In this document: positions 8,718-16,257 of the stretch, piece by piece
Numbering within the stretch: the stretch's first letter is position 1
Layout: the number at the start of each line of letters is the position of its first letter
Source of the DNA: Longimicrobiales bacterium
GTDB lineage: Bacteria > Gemmatimonadota > Gemmatimonadetes > Longimicrobiales > RSA9
Direction: 5' to 3'
NCBI GenBank assembly: GCA_041617355.1
Contig: JBFJPA010000001.1
Span: forward strand, 1-33,745
DNA: 33,745 nt
Notes under the pieces: generated by a model
The model's input: only the letters and a program-made list of their open reading frames with translations
Database searches by the model: none
Told to the model about the DNA's origin: nothing
Position numbers and translations under genes: made by a program

Positions 8718-10088
8718 GTGAAGGACGGGTCGGGAGCGCCCGCGACGGTCGCGCCGGTCGGCGACCTGGGTCTCGGTTTTGCCTCGCGCGCCGCCGCTGC
8801 CGGGGAGAACACGCGGACGTACGTGCCGCACGTGGTCGCCTGGAACCTGACGCGCCGCTGCAACCTCGCCTGTGCCCACTGCTACATCGCGGCCGGCGCG
8901 TGGCAATCGACGGCCGACGACCTGCGCACGGACGAGTGCCTGCGCATCGCGGACGAGATCCTCGAGATCAGCCCGGCACCGATGTTCATTCTTTCGGGCG
9001 GCGAACCGCTGCTGCGCGAGGATCTCGAGACGCTCGCGGCGCACATGACGGCGCGCGGCGCCACGGTGGTCGTGGGCACGAACGGGACCCGGCTGACGAC
9101 TTCGCGCATCGCATCGCTGATGAAGGCGGGTGTGACCGGTGTCGCCGTGAGCATCGACTCGCTGGACGCCCGTTACCACGATCGGTTCCGGCACGGCGAA
9201 GGCGCGTTGCAGGACACACTCGAGGCCGTCGAGCGCCTGCGCGAGGCCGGCCTCGATTTCGTCGTGCAGACGACGGTCACGCGCGGCAACCGGGCCGAGC
9301 TTCCGGCGTTGGCGGCGTGGTGCGCAGAACGCGGCGCCGTCTCGTTCAATGTCTACTTCCTGGTCGCGACCGGGCGGGGCGCCGGCATGGGCGGACTCTC
9401 GCCCGCGGAGAACGATGAAGTCCTGGCCGGGCTGCTCACGCTGGAAGAGCGCTACCGCGGCCGGATGCTGGTGCGAGCGAAGTGTCAGCCGCAGATCATG
9501 CGGCACGCGCACGAGCGCGAGGCGAACTCGTCGCTGTTGGACTACGGCACGCGCTGTCCTTGCGGTGTCCACTACTGCCGGATCACGCCGGAAGGCCGGC
9601 TTACGCCGTGTCCGTACACGCCCGTGGAGGCCGGCGACCTGCGCGCGGCCTCGTTCGCCTCAGTCTGGGACCATTCGCCGGTGTTCGCGTCGCTGCGTGC
9701 CAACGCGCTGCAGGGACGGTGCGGCCGCTGCGAGTACCGGAGTGTTTGCGGCGGCTGCCGCGCGCGGGCGTGGGCGGAATCGGGCGACCTGCTCGCCGAA
9801 GATCCGGCGTGTGGCTATGAGCCGCCGGAGGGTCGTCCGCTGGTGCGGCCGGCACGATCGGTCACCTACGGCGCACCGACGGCGAACGAGAGCATGCCGT
9901 GGAGCGATGCCGCGCGCGCCCGCCTGTCGCGCGTGCCCGGCTTCGTGCGCGGCGTCGTCATGGCTCGCATCGAGACGTTCGCGCGCGAACGCGGCTACTC
10001 GGAGATCACGCCCGAGGTCATGGAAGCCGTACGTCGCGAGCTGCCGGTGGACTTTTCGCGCCGCATGCCGTTCTTCCTGCGGCGATAA
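8718..10088 (+). CDS. radical SAM/SPASM-domain enzyme (NirJ/AhbC/AhbD-like architecture) with a C-terminal PCP_red-like module
   Basis: ORF 8664..10088. It has a CX3CX2C cluster motif (NLTRRCNLACAHCY) and a GGEPLL SAM motif. It also has a Cys-rich SPASM-like region (CQPQ..CPCGVHYCRITPEGRLTPCPY...CGRCEYRSVCGGCRARA). The tail reads MPWSDAARARLSRVPGFVRGVVMARIETFARERGYSEITPEVMEAV. The preferred start is GTG 8718, 6 nt after GGGGAGG (8705-8711). GTG 8664 would overlap the upstream gene. Confidence 0.8.
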   Translation: MKDGSGAPATVAPVGDLGLGFASRAAAAGENTRTYVPHVVAWNLTRRCNLACAHCYIAAGAWQSTADDLRTDECLRIADEILEISPAPMFILSGGEPLLREDLETLAAHMTARGATVVVGTNGTRLTTSRIASLMKAGVTGVAVSIDSLDARYHDRFRHGEGALQDTLEAVERLREAGLDFVVQTTVTRGNRAELPALAAWCAERGAVSFNVYFLVATGRGAGMGGLSPAENDEVLAGLLTLEERYRGRMLVRAKCQPQIMRHAHEREANSSLLDYGTRCPCGVHYCRITPEGRLTPCPYTPVEAGDLRAASFASVWDHSPVFASLRANALQGRCGRCEYRSVCGGCRARAWAESGDLLAEDPACGYEPPEGRPLVRPARSVTYGAPTANESMPWSDAARARLSRVPGFVRGVVMARIETFARERGYSEITPEVMEAVRRELPVDFSRRMPFFLRR

Positions 10089-10143
10089 CGGGCTGAACCG
10101 GACGAAGGAGGCATCGCGGGTATGATGCGCTGGGAGGCTGGCC

Positions 10144-11994
10144 ATGAGGGTTGAAACGGCCCGGGCCGCACGGTTGCGTGGCCGCGTGCACGCCATCGCC
10201 GGGCGCGCGCCGCGGTGGGCGCCGTCCGCCACGTTCGCGGCGCTGCTGCTGGCCCTGTTCGCCGCGCCCGGCTTCGCGCAGGAAGCCGCCCGCGAATACG
10301 GTAACTTCCCGGTCATCGGCAGCCGCGCCGCGGTGTGGATCGCCGCCCAGGTACATCTCATGTTCGCGGCGTTCGTGCTGGGCGTGCCGATGTTCGCCGT
10401 CGCAGTGGAAGCGATCGGAATCGTGACCAAGGACGAGCGCTACGACCGGCTGTCCAAGGAGTTCGTCCGGCTGCTGCTCATCGCCTACAGCGCCACCGCC
10501 ATGTGGGGCGCCGTCCTCACCTTCTTCCTGATCACGCTCTACCCCCGGTTCTGGAACCATCTCTCGGAGATCTTCGAGGTCTCCATGTGGATCTACGTGG
10601 GGCTCTTCTTCGTCGAGTCCTTCACGCTCTACCTCTACTACTACGGCTGGGACCGCTGGAAGAAAGGCCGCGCCAAGCTCGGCCACCTCGGCCTCGGCAT
10701 CCTGCTCAACGTATGGGGCACGGCCGTCATGTTCATCGCCGACAGCTGGCTCAGCTACATGATGAGCCCGCCCGCCGACATGACGCCCGACACCTCGCCG
10801 GCCATGGTGCAGGCCTGGAGCGCGATCGCGAACGCGACGTGGATGCCCATCAATATCCACCGCCTCATCGCCAACGTCGTGTTCGGCGGCTCCATCGTCG
10901 CCGGCTACGCCGCGTTCCGCTTCCTGAACGCGAAGACGGACGAAGAGCGCGCGCACTACGACTGGATGGGCTACATCGGCAATTTCATCGCCATTGCCGC
11001 CCTGCTCACCCTCCCGTTCGCCGGGTACTGGCTGGGCCGCGAGATCTATGCGTACAACCAGTCGATGGGCATCACCATGATGGGCGGCTTCATGAGCTGG
11101 CTCTGGATCATCCAGGCCATCCTCATCGGCGTCCTCTTCCTCGCGGCCAACTACTACCTGTGGATCGGGCTGGGCCGCATCCCCGGCGGCGAGCGTTTCG
11201 TGCCCTACACGAAGTGGATGCTGATCCTGCTAGTGCTCGGGGTGATCGTGTGGGCGACGCCCAACACAATGATCGCCGACCGCGGGGAGCTGGCCGCGAT
11301 GGGTGGCACGCACCACCCGTTCCTCGGTGTGCTCGGCGTGATGAGCGCGAAGAACACGGCGGTCAACCTGATGATCCTGACGACGTTCCTGTCGTTCCTG
11401 ATGTACCGCAGGGCGAACAAGGAGCCGACGGTCGACTGGGCGAGGTCCGGCACGATCGTGCAGGGCGGCATCATGGCGATCGCGGCGGCCGTCGTCATCT
11501 TCTTCGGCGTCTACGGCTACTTCGTCTCGGCGATCGTGCGCATCGGCTTCAGCGTCTATCAGGTGGGCGCGGTGCTGTTCACGATCATCGCCGTCACGGT
11601 GATCGACGTGATGCTCTCGCGGGGCGCGACCTCGCGCGGCGAGATCCGCTGGGGCATGATGCCGGAGCGCTCGCAGTACGCGCTGTTCATCCTGGTCGTC
11701 ACGTTCACGTGGCTGATGGGGCTGATGGGCTTCGCGCGCAGCGGCATCCGGCAGCACTGGCACGTCTGGGAAGTGATGCGCGACACGAGTGTGGACGCGG
11801 CGACGCCGGCGCTCGGGTATGCCGGCACGGTGATCAGCACATGCGTCCTGATCTTCCTGCTGATGATCGCGTTCATCTTCTGGCTGGGCGGCCTGGTCGA
11901 GAAGCCGGCCCTGGTCGGCAAGGAAACCATGGTGACGGCACCGGAACCGCGACGCGAGCCGCCGGCCGATCTGGCGCCGGCGACGGGCGACTGA
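10144..11994 (+). CDS. cytochrome bd subunit I (CydA)-like membrane protein, non-canonical (no Q-loop, about 13-14 TM helices)
   Basis: 616 aa. The helix-1 His context AAQVHLMFAAFVLGVPMFAVAVEAIG resembles the CydA His19 region. FFVESFTLYLYYYGWDRW resembles E. coli FFLESTFVGLFFFGWDRL. INIHRLIANVVFGGSIVAGYAAFRFL resembles the His186 helix. All inter-helix loops are short. GGGAGG lies 6 nt upstream of ATG 10144. Confidence 0.75.
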   Translation: MRVETARAARLRGRVHAIAGRAPRWAPSATFAALLLALFAAPGFAQEAAREYGNFPVIGSRAAVWIAAQVHLMFAAFVLGVPMFAVAVEAIGIVTKDERYDRLSKEFVRLLLIAYSATAMWGAVLTFFLITLYPRFWNHLSEIFEVSMWIYVGLFFVESFTLYLYYYGWDRWKKGRAKLGHLGLGILLNVWGTAVMFIADSWLSYMMSPPADMTPDTSPAMVQAWSAIANATWMPINIHRLIANVVFGGSIVAGYAAFRFLNAKTDEERAHYDWMGYIGNFIAIAALLTLPFAGYWLGREIYAYNQSMGITMMGGFMSWLWIIQAILIGVLFLAANYYLWIGLGRIPGGERFVPYTKWMLILLVLGVIVWATPNTMIADRGELAAMGGTHHPFLGVLGVMSAKNTAVNLMILTTFLSFLMYRRANKEPTVDWARSGTIVQGGIMAIAAAVVIFFGVYGYFVSAIVRIGFSVYQVGAVLFTIIAVTVIDVMLSRGATSRGEIRWGMMPERSQYALFILVVTFTWLMGLMGFARSGIRQHWHVWEVMRDTSVDAATPALGYAGTVISTCVLIFLLMIAFIFWLGGLVEKPALVGKETMVTAPEPRREPPADLAPATGD

Positions 11995-12004
11995 GGAGGC
12001 GACG

Positions 12005-12823
12005 ATGGGCGGAACGAACCTGCGGGTGTTCGGCGTCGTCGTCGCGACGGTGCTGTTCTACGCCCTGCTGGCCAACGCGATTCCCCAGGTCCGATCGGAA
12101 GTGCCGCAGGAGCTCACGCTGGGCGCCGAGGCGACGACCGACCAGCTGGTCGCGGCGGGCGAGCAGCTCTACGCGGGCGCGGGCGGCTGCACGGCCTGCC
12201 ACGGGCTCGGCACACGTGCGCCCAACCTGCTCACGGATGAAGGTGGGACCGGCCAGATCGGGGCGCGCTGCACGAACCGCGTGGCCGGCGAGACGTGCGA
12301 GCAATACCTCTGGAAATCGATGACGGAGCCGAACGTCTTTGTCGTCGAGGGCTACCAGCCTATCATGCCGGACATGCGGCGGACGATTTCCGAAGGACAG
12401 ATCTGGACACTCGTCGCATACCTGCAGAGTCTGGGCGGCGAGGTGACGGTGACGGGCGCACAGGTCGCCGAAGCACAGGCCGCGTCGGCCAGCGCGGGCG
12501 GCGGAGCGGCGGCGGCCGGCGGCGCGGCGGGCGGCGCCGCGGCGTATGCCGGCGGCAGCACCGACCCGCAGGAGCTGATCACGGCCGGCGCGTGCAGCGC
12601 GTGTCACGTGTTGAACGGCCAGGGCGGCCCCATCGGCCCGCCGTTCGACGGCATGGGCGCCCGACTCGACGAGGCGCGCATCCGCAGGGGCATCATCGAG
12701 CCGAACGCCGACACGGCGCAGGGCTTCGAGGCGATGGCCGGCACGATGCCCGCCAACTTCGGCACACAGATGAACGCGGCGCAGCTGGAAGCGCTGGTCC
12801 GGTTTCTCGCCGGCCTGAGGTGA
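12005..12823 (+). CDS. membrane-anchored dihaem c-type cytochrome
   Basis: N-terminal TM helix (LRVFGVVVATVLFYALLANAI) and two CxxCH motifs (GGCTACHG, GACSACHV) separated by an Ala/Gly-rich linker. GAGGAGG overlaps the upstream stop, with a 10-nt gap to ATG 12005. Confidence 0.8.
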   Translation: MGGTNLRVFGVVVATVLFYALLANAIPQVRSEVPQELTLGAEATTDQLVAAGEQLYAGAGGCTACHGLGTRAPNLLTDEGGTGQIGARCTNRVAGETCEQYLWKSMTEPNVFVVEGYQPIMPDMRRTISEGQIWTLVAYLQSLGGEVTVTGAQVAEAQAASASAGGGAAAAGGAAGGAAAYAGGSTDPQELITAGACSACHVLNGQGGPIGPPFDGMGARLDEARIRRGIIEPNADTAQGFEAMAGTMPANFGTQMNAAQLEALVRFLAGLR

Positions 12824-12837
12824 GGAGGCGCACCGTC

Positions 12838-13635
12838 ATGCGAAAGCTCAAGCACCCGTTCTGGCAGACCCTGGTCCTGCTCGTCGTGTCCTGGGTCCTG
12901 ATCGAGTTCGGCATCGCATATCTGCCGCCGCTGCTCGGCATGCGCAGCGCGCCCGTTCCGAACAGCGTCGTGCTGCAATACCTGGTGACGGTGCTGGTCG
13001 GACTCCTGCTCTATGTGAGCGCCGACATGGCCCGCTGGAAGGAGTTCAAGCAACCGATCCGCGCCGCCATGGTCGATGCCGACAAGCGCTGGGTCCGTCT
13101 CGCGCTGCTCGTGCTCATCCCCGGCCTCGTCGGCTTCGTCGCGTTCGACCGCGTTCGCCCGAAGGTGTCGGCGCCGCCGTCACTGCGCTCGATCCATCCG
13201 GCGCCGCCCACGTCGATCACGTTCCAGGGCCGGACCATCAACCTGGCGACTGTGCAGAACCCGCTGCGCTCGCGCGGCACGATCGAAGAGCACTACGAGA
13301 CCGGCAAGCGCCTCTACACGCAGAACTGCATGCCCTGCCACGGCGACTACCTGGACGGCCGCGGCCACTACGCACACGGCTTCAGCCCGACGCCGCTCAG
13401 CTTCCAGGACAACGGCACGATCGCGCAGCTGTCGGAGAGCTTCGTCTTCTGGCGCGTCGCCAAGGGCGGCGTCGGCCTGCCCCGTGAGGGCACGCCGTGG
13501 AACTCCGCCATGCCGGCCTGGGAGGACTTCCTGACCGAAGATGAGATCTGGGCCGTGATCCTGTTTCTCTACGAGCAGACGCCCTGGGAGCCGCGCGTGA
13601 TGGAAGCGCACGGCGCCGAGGCGGGAGGTCACTGA
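12838..13635 (+). CDS. membrane-bound monohaem c-type cytochrome (about 3 N-terminal TM helices)
   Basis: Lies in the frame of ORF 12295..13635. ATG 12838 sits 9 nt after GAGGAGG (12822-12828). Hydrophobic N-terminus (FWQTLVLLVVSWVLIEFGIAYL.., VLQYLVTVLVGLLLYV, WVRLALLVLIPGLVGFVAF), then a single CxxCH (NCMPCHGDY) and ..WNSAMPAWEDFLTEDEIWAVILFLY. Confidence 0.75.
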   Translation: MRKLKHPFWQTLVLLVVSWVLIEFGIAYLPPLLGMRSAPVPNSVVLQYLVTVLVGLLLYVSADMARWKEFKQPIRAAMVDADKRWVRLALLVLIPGLVGFVAFDRVRPKVSAPPSLRSIHPAPPTSITFQGRTINLATVQNPLRSRGTIEEHYETGKRLYTQNCMPCHGDYLDGRGHYAHGFSPTPLSFQDNGTIAQLSESFVFWRVAKGGVGLPREGTPWNSAMPAWEDFLTEDEIWAVILFLYEQTPWEPRVMEAHGAEAGGH

Positions 13636-15209
13636 TGCGCACGCGCGTGAGACTGACCCCCGCCCTCGTGTGCGCGGCGCTGCTCTCGCCAGCCGCCGCT
13701 GCCGGGCAGGATGCGAACCACCCCGGCAAGCCGGTCTACGATCGCTGGTGTGCGAGCTGCCACGGCGTCGACGGCCGCGGCCAGGGCGATGCGGCCGACT
13801 GGATGCTGCCCCGCCCTCGCGACTTCACGCAGGCGCTCTACCAGGTGCGCACGACGAACACCGGCTCGTTGCCGACCGACTCCGACATCCTGAAGGTCAT
13901 CGACGAAGGCATGCCCGGCACGGCCATGCCGGGCTGGCGGACGGCGCTGTCGTCGACTGAAAAACAGAACCTCGTCTCCTACCTGAAGACGTTCTCTCGG
14001 TTCTTCGAAACGGACACGCCGGATGTCATCCAATTCGGACGTGCGCCGGGCGTGAACGACGCAGTGCTCGCCGAAGGCGCCGAGGTCTACCGCGCGCTCG
14101 AGTGCTTCAAGTGTCACGGCGAGGCGGGTCGGGGCGATGGCGAGTCGGCGCCGACGCAGGAGGACGACAACGGCTTCCCGATCCGGCCGGCGGACCTGTC
14201 GCAGCCCTGGTACTTCAACGGCGGCGGCACGGTCGAGGACATCTACCGGCGGCTGCGCACGGGCCTGGACGGCACGCCGATGCCGTCCTACAGCGACGCG
14301 CTGGCCGCCAACATCGTCACGGACGAACAACTGTGGGCCGTCGCCCATTACGTGAAGAGCCTCGGTGGCGAGACGCCGCGCGTGCGCGAGGTCGTCGAGG
14401 CCCGCCGCGCTGCCAATGGCCTGCCCGCATCGCCGACCGACTCGGCGTGGGCAACCGTTCAGCGGTTCTGGATCCCGCTCGTCGGCCAGATCATCGTCAG
14501 GCCGCGCTGGTTCGCGCCGGCCGTGACCGGCGTGTGGGTCCAGGCCGTTCACGACGGCACGGACCTCGTGATGCGGCTGAGCTGGAGCGACCGTTCGAAC
14601 AGCCCGGACCCGGTCTGGGGCGACTGGCGAGCCGGCGTCACGCGCATCATGGCACCCCACGAAGACCCGGCAGCCGCCGCAGGCGATTCCGTTGCGGCGC
14701 CCGCGACGCCGGACGGCATCGCGGTATGGTTCCCGCGCACACCACCGACGGGCATGGATCGCCCGTACTTCTTCATGGGCAGCACGCGCGAGCCGGTCTA
14801 TGCGTGGCACTGGCAGAGCACGACGGGCGTGCGCGAGGCGCGCGGCCGCGGGCCGGGCGTGCTGGAGTCGCTCGGCGGTCCGGGCAACGGCCTCACGGGC
14901 GAAGCCGTCTTCGAGGCCGGCCAGTGGCACCTCATGGTGCGCCGGCCGCTCGCCGCGACCGATTCCGCCAACGCGTTGTCGTTCCCGGCCGGACAGGCCA
15001 TCCCAATGGCGTTTTTCGCCTGGGACGGCGACAACGGCGAGAGCGGGACGAAGGGCTCGCTCAGCACGTGGTACTTCCTGCAGCTCACGGAGCCGACGCC
15101 GGCGACGTCGTATGCGACGCCGCTCATCGCGGTCCTGCTGACGGCCGGCTTCGGCGTCTTCGTCGTCGGCCGCGCGCAGCGCCGCGAACGGGAGCAGCAG
15201 GGCGATTGA
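13635..15209 (+). CDS. dihaem cytochrome c fused to an ethylbenzene-dehydrogenase-like (EB_dh) haem-binding domain, with a C-terminal TM anchor
   Basis: Signal-like N-terminus (MRTRVRLTPALVCAALLSPAAAAGQD) and CxxCH twice (WCASCHGVDGRG, CFKCHGEAGRG). The EB_dh-like pattern follows: W..IPLVGQ...VWVQAVHDG.DLVMRLSWSD...IAVWFP...PYFFMG...PVYAWHW...GQWHLMVRRPL...PMAFFAWDGDNGE.G.KGS.STWYFLQL. C-terminal TM helix LIAVLLTAGFGVFVV. The start overlaps the upstream stop (TGATG, 13633-13637). GGGAGG at 13623-13628. Confidence 0.75.
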   Translation: MRTRVRLTPALVCAALLSPAAAAGQDANHPGKPVYDRWCASCHGVDGRGQGDAADWMLPRPRDFTQALYQVRTTNTGSLPTDSDILKVIDEGMPGTAMPGWRTALSSTEKQNLVSYLKTFSRFFETDTPDVIQFGRAPGVNDAVLAEGAEVYRALECFKCHGEAGRGDGESAPTQEDDNGFPIRPADLSQPWYFNGGGTVEDIYRRLRTGLDGTPMPSYSDALAANIVTDEQLWAVAHYVKSLGGETPRVREVVEARRAANGLPASPTDSAWATVQRFWIPLVGQIIVRPRWFAPAVTGVWVQAVHDGTDLVMRLSWSDRSNSPDPVWGDWRAGVTRIMAPHEDPAAAAGDSVAAPATPDGIAVWFPRTPPTGMDRPYFFMGSTREPVYAWHWQSTTGVREARGRGPGVLESLGGPGNGLTGEAVFEAGQWHLMVRRPLAATDSANALSFPAGQAIPMAFFAWDGDNGESGTKGSLSTWYFLQLTEPTPATSYATPLIAVLLTAGFGVFVVGRAQRREREQQGD

Positions 15210-15363
15210 TGTTCCCACGCCGCTCGCGCGGCGCGCCAGACAACAGGAACGATCGGCACGTCCCGCCGTGATGGCGCGACGGATGCTTGCCTTTCACTGC
15301 CCCGTCTCGTACGGCGGACCCGTGCGTGACGTGGCAACACAACCCAACCGACTCGGAGGCAGT

Positions 15364-16221
15364 ATGCGTATCGCTCGACGACTCACCGGCTCGATGACAG
15401 TCCTGTCCCTCGCAGCCGCATTCGCATGCGGCGGCGGCGACAGCGGCGAGGCGGGGGGCGGCGAGGCCGCCACGCCCGCTGCGGCGCCCGCCGCAGTCGC
15501 CGATGCCGGCACGATCACGGGAAGCATCGACTTCGCGGGTGAAGCGCCCGCGAATGCGACGGTCGATATGAGCGCGGAGGCGCCCTGTGCCGCCAAACAC
15601 ACGACGACGCCCACACGTGAGACGGTCATCGCGAATGGCGGCAAGCTGACCAACGTCTTCGTCTACATCAAGGAAGGCATCACGGGTGACTATCCGGCGC
15701 CGTCCACGCCGGTCAACGTGAACCAGGACGGCTGCGTCTACATCCCGCACGTCGTGGGCGCACAGGTCGGCCAGACCGTCGCCTTTCAGAACAGTGACGG
15801 CCTGTTGCACAACATCAAGGCCGCTCCGACCAACAACCGTACGTTCAACATCAGCCAGCCGAACAACATGACGACGAACCGCTCGTTCAGCGCGGCCGAG
15901 GTCATGATCCCCGTCCAGTGCGACGTGCACGGCTGGATGGAGATGTACATCGGTGTGGTTGCGCACCCCTACTTCGCGGTGAGCGGCACGGACGGCTCCT
16001 TCCGGATCGGCAACGTTCCGCCCGGCACCTACACACTGGAGGCGTGGCACGAGAAGTACGGCGTGCAGACGCAGCAGGTGACGGTGGACCCGAACGGGAC
16101 CGCGACCGTCACGTTCGGCTACAGCGCTTCCATGGCGGCGAACGCGGTCGTGCCACTGGGTGCGCCGCTCGATCCGCACGACCACCACGGGACCGTCGCC
16201 CCGCGCACGGGCGACCGCTAG
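15364..16221 (+). CDS. lipoprotein cupredoxin (type-1 copper, amicyanin-like ligand spacing) fused to a CarboxypepD_reg-like beta-sandwich
   Basis: ORF 15268..16221. ATG 15364 follows GGAGG. Lipobox-like LSLAAAFAC|GGG. Candidate Cu ligands are LLHNI (His codon 15808-15810) and C-D-V-H-G-W-M (15919-15939). The C-terminal part reads GTDGSFRIGNVPPGTYTLEAWHEKYG. Confidence 0.7.
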   Translation: MRIARRLTGSMTVLSLAAAFACGGGDSGEAGGGEAATPAAAPAAVADAGTITGSIDFAGEAPANATVDMSAEAPCAAKHTTTPTRETVIANGGKLTNVFVYIKEGITGDYPAPSTPVNVNQDGCVYIPHVVGAQVGQTVAFQNSDGLLHNIKAAPTNNRTFNISQPNNMTTNRSFSAAEVMIPVQCDVHGWMEMYIGVVAHPYFAVSGTDGSFRIGNVPPGTYTLEAWHEKYGVQTQQVTVDPNGTATVTFGYSASMAANAVVPLGAPLDPHDHHGTVAPRTGDR

Positions 16222-16257
16222 TCAACCGATCGCACTCGCGGAGCGCGAGGAGGAGAC

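Noticed and set aside
6350-8863. 837-aa ORF on the minus strand spanning the whole USP gene
   Set aside because: The translation is dominated by Arg, Ala, Leu, Asp and His runs and has no recognisable domain. It lies exactly antisense to a plus-strand frame with clear USP and PCP_red motifs. This is a typical stop-poor shadow frame in high-GC DNA.
12472-12555. GCG/GCC/GGC-rich repetitive stretch that looks like a tandem repeat
   Set aside because: It is in frame within the dihaem cytochrome c. It encodes an Ala/Gly-rich flexible linker (AQAASASAGGGAAAAGGAAGGAAAYAGG) between the two haem domains, so it is coding low complexity and not a separate repeat element.
10335-15271. Alternative-frame and antisense ORFs across the bd-like/cytochrome operon (10335..12323 +, 11873..12607 -, 13629..15218 -, 14102..15271 +)
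   Set aside because: None has a TM, haem or other domain pattern, and all are strongly Arg/Gly/Asp/Pro-biased. The selected frames have CxxCH motifs, TM helices and RBS-coupled starts.
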